DNA of 64,000 bases from Podarcis filfolensis (Eukaryota): assembly GCA_964270895.1 (NCBI GenBank), contig OZ185447.1. One strand, written 5' to 3'. The notes under the pieces are model-generated. The model did not search any database and was not told the DNA's origin. It saw only the letters and a program-made list of their open reading frames with translations. Shown one piece after another: positions 60,733 to 64,000 of the stretch. The position numbers and the translations under genes were made by a program. How positions within the stretch are numbered: position 1 is the first letter of the stretch; each line of letters opens with the position of its first letter.

Positions 60733-60820
60733 GTTCATTCCCTCACCAGCTGCGTTATATCCTAGTGGGATCCATTATACTCATCCTGCTGTTCTTCCTC
60801 TATCAGATCATATCGAAAGT
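60733..60820 (+). CDS. FIMP1: FIMP1-like exon 3, transmembrane (S-SFPHQLRYILVGSIILILLFFLYQIISK-V)
   Basis: ctctgccccctgcag| ... GT|gtacgt, 88 nt, phase 1 to 2; ILVG...FFLYQ parallels recalled human HILVGLLVVAFFFLLFQ. Confidence 0.75.
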
Positions 60821-60966
60821 GTACGTGTCATTTTGGTTGGTGTATGTTATGCTGCAAGTATTCTCCCTGCCTCCTTATTGCCTTTGGATATCATTATTTA
60901 CTCCCACCTCCATGGATGAAATGACACCCCCTCCCCTTCTTCTTCTTCTTCCGCAATTTCATTCAG

Positions 60967-60994
60967 GATCTTCAAGAAGTCAAATGCTGGATAA
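60967..60994 (+). CDS. FIMP1: FIMP1-like exon 4, short cytoplasmic tail (V-IFKKSNAG*)
   Basis: tttcattcag| acceptor, phase 2, TAA 60992-60994; compare recalled human (I)NFQKGA*. Confidence 0.65.
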
Positions 60995-61060
60995 ACATCC
61001 AGGTGATCAGCAGATACGGCTCTGTAGCCAGCCAACCACTCTTTGTCTTTTTCTCTGTTC

Positions 61061-61066
61061 AATAAA
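61061..61066 (+). terminator. FIMP1: Poly(A) signal of the FIMP1-like gene
   Basis: AATAAA 67 nt after the predicted stop. Confidence 0.65.
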
Positions 61067-62400
61067 AGGCTATTGAATGAGGGGTTCTTTTGCGATTGGT
61101 GTGATGTGCCAATGGAAAACCAAAGGGGGAAGGGGAGCTGGGATTGGAAGGTTTTGGTTTATGGGGCACACGAGGGCTTAAACAGCAGACAGACCTAAGT
61201 TCAGGACTGCGAGCGGCCTGTGGAAGGCTTAGCAGGGAGAAGTAAGAAAGACACACATTGGCCCTCTGCTGGCATTAGATAAAGGCTCCTTTAATACTTT
61301 TGCAGACCTCAGGTTATAAATACAGCCCGCCCGCCCCCTATTTACAGCTGGATCCCTGCCCCATGGAATGGGTGTTCCTAGGAGGGAAGAGGGAAGGGGT
61401 TGGTGTGCCAAACAGAGGAGGAGGTGGAGGCAAGAGGCTTGGTTATTGCTAGGTGGAGGGAGGGGTGGGTGCATGTTAGGAAGCACACCTCTTGGAACCT
61501 TCCCAGTGCAAGGGGATACATTTTATACAGCATTTGGGGGTTTTCTGGGCAGGTGGCATCACAGTAATACTGAAGATCACTTGCAATTTAGCAGCATCCA
61601 AAAATTCCAGGGTGTTTCCCTATCAGCTACCCTACAACAATTCCTAATTCTGCTGATAGAACCCCTAACAATACAGTGTGAGGAAATCCAGACTATTTCC
61701 CTGCCCCTTTTAATAATAGCTGTGATACTGTGATTCTATGGATAATAGTATAGAAAAGCCCCCGTTGTCTCTCTTCCCTACCTCCCCACCCCCACCACTA
61801 GCATCTCTCTCTGTTCCCAAGAAACAGCACCACCCCACCCAAATAACTGAGTTGTCTCCTTGCCTAGTATGGGCTCAGGTAGTCCTGGGGTGCTCACAGC
61901 ATTTTGTGGAAATAAATAGCACATATATTATTTGGGGGGGGTGATTTGCGAGAGCCCCTAACACACTAGAGATGCCTTGTTCTTATCTTGCAGCCTCAAA
62001 TAAACTTCATCCATGTACCCTGTTCTCAGCCCTCCTATATAACCACTGGCCTGAAAGTCCCTCTGTAAAAGAATCATCATATATATATATATCCCTTTGG
62101 TTTAGGACTCTACCCCCATCCCCGCCCCCAAGGAGTTTCAAAATACTGAGTGTTGCCATATTAGAGGGCTGCCTTTAGCAAAGGAACCCCACACTGCACC
62201 AAAGGACTATTGTCTTTGTCCCTTCCGAATACTTCACTGGAACCCCCCGCCCCCCGCAATGCCTTTCCAGGCCTCCCCAAATCCCTTTTGGCCTAGGAGC
62301 CCACTCCCCCAATCCATCCAGTCCCTCCCATACCCCAATAAATAAATAAGTTAGAGGAAATGTGGTCTGTCCGTCTGTGGCTGAGGAGGGAGAGGTATCA

Positions 62401-62999
<599 letters not shown>

Positions 63000-63113
63000 C
63001 TAAAGCACACAGCCCCTCTCTGCCCCACTTCTGCTCCATGCATCGGCATCCCATCCCTTCCTCGCCGCCTCCTCCTCTTGTATACAGAGGTTCCCACGCC
63101 AGACCACACTCAC

Positions 63114-63333
63114 CACGGACATGGGGAAGCAAACCAGCACCATGAAGAGATGGTGGACCACCATGAGGAACTCCTTGTGCAAGTAGGTGCGGACGACGGT
63201 GCGCAGCGTCCGGGTGCCGGCCGACTCGTGCCCTTTGACCCGGTACTTGTGCCAGTGGCACAAGAACATGGCGTAGATGTCGTAGATGAAGTAGGGGATG
63301 GCAAACTGGGTGTAGGAGGAGGTCAGCCAGTGC
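63114..63333 (-). CDS. TLCD3B: TLCD3B internal exon (HWLTSSYTQFAIPYFIYDIYAMFLCHWHK...VCFPMSV); upstream exons lie beyond the window
   Basis: ctccttctgcag| ... GTG|gtgagt, 220 nt, phase 2 to 0. Confidence 0.94.
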
Positions 63334-64000
63334 CTGCAGAAGGAGGAGAAAGAATGCTAGGGCAGGGGAAGGTTGTGAGCAAGACACAGTCCTGGCAGTG
63401 ACTCAGCAGGGAATTCCAGCTATACGGGGGGGGGGGGGGAGCAAGAGGAGGTGCCCCGCCCCCTTGGAACAGGCTCACGGCCATGATCAATGAGTATTGA
63501 TGACCTGCTGATGCGCTCTGCTCACACAAGGTCAATGAGAACAAAAGCCTTGCCCATACCCTCCAAGTTCTTCCATTCCTGCTCTCTGCTCTCACAATGC
63601 TGGGCTCTCTGTGGTTTAACAGCTCCCTGTTGTTTCTCCAAGCCACGCTGACCACGGCCATAACCAAGCTACGGGCTGCCATTCCCACCTCACCTTGTCC
63701 TGACATTGCCTTTCAATCCTGACCGCAGCCCCACTGCCACCCCCAGTCAGGGCACCCTCAATCCCCTTAGATCCGGGATATTTTGTCTGACTACCGGCAG
63801 CGAACCATGCTTCCGACCTTGTGCTTATTTAGAAGTCCACAAGTTCTATAAAAGGTAATAGGATTAATGTAAATAAGTCCAAGACACTGGCCTTAATCCT
63901 ATTTCATTTCAGGTGATAAGAGGGGAATTCAGGGACTGAAAAAGGTGCTTCTAGCCCTGATCCCTTCCCCCCTTCAGGCTGAGAGGAAGGCAAATGGAGT

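Overview
Vertebrate genomic DNA, most likely a lacertid lizard, inferred from a Sauria/Podarcis-type SINE and other squamate-type repeats. It is homologous to part of human 16p11.2. I reconstructed five spliced genes by hand from GT/GC-AG junctions and reading-frame continuity. (1) PRRT2 (- strand): coding exons 10928-11527 and 9459-9591; the tiny terminal coding exon was not found; a probable long 3'UTR carries four miR-30 8mer sites. (2) MAZ (-): 34538 to 22305, with both the canonical last exon and the alternative two-zinc-finger exon. (3) MVP, major vault protein (+): 42742-58799, 16 coding exons, about 843 aa; two assembly gaps hide the starts of two exons. (4) A small 4-exon gene that the ORF track shows only in pieces, which I read as the orthologue of the sperm-egg fusion factor FIMP1/C16orf92 (+, about 59148-60994). 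(5) The last three coding exons of TLCD3B/FAM57B (-). Gene order differs from human: MVP sits head-to-head with MAZ and directly upstream of FIMP1. Most notable are the FIMP1-like gene with possible TM-less isoforms, an orphan NRF1-motif promoter between MAZ and MVP, inverted MITE copies flanking MVP exons 8-11 (circRNA/dsRNA architecture), two MVP introns apparently absent in human, and the miR-30 site cluster. All comparisons to human or mouse proteins and repeat families are from memory, not database searches. No rRNA, intact tRNA or CRISPR array was found.
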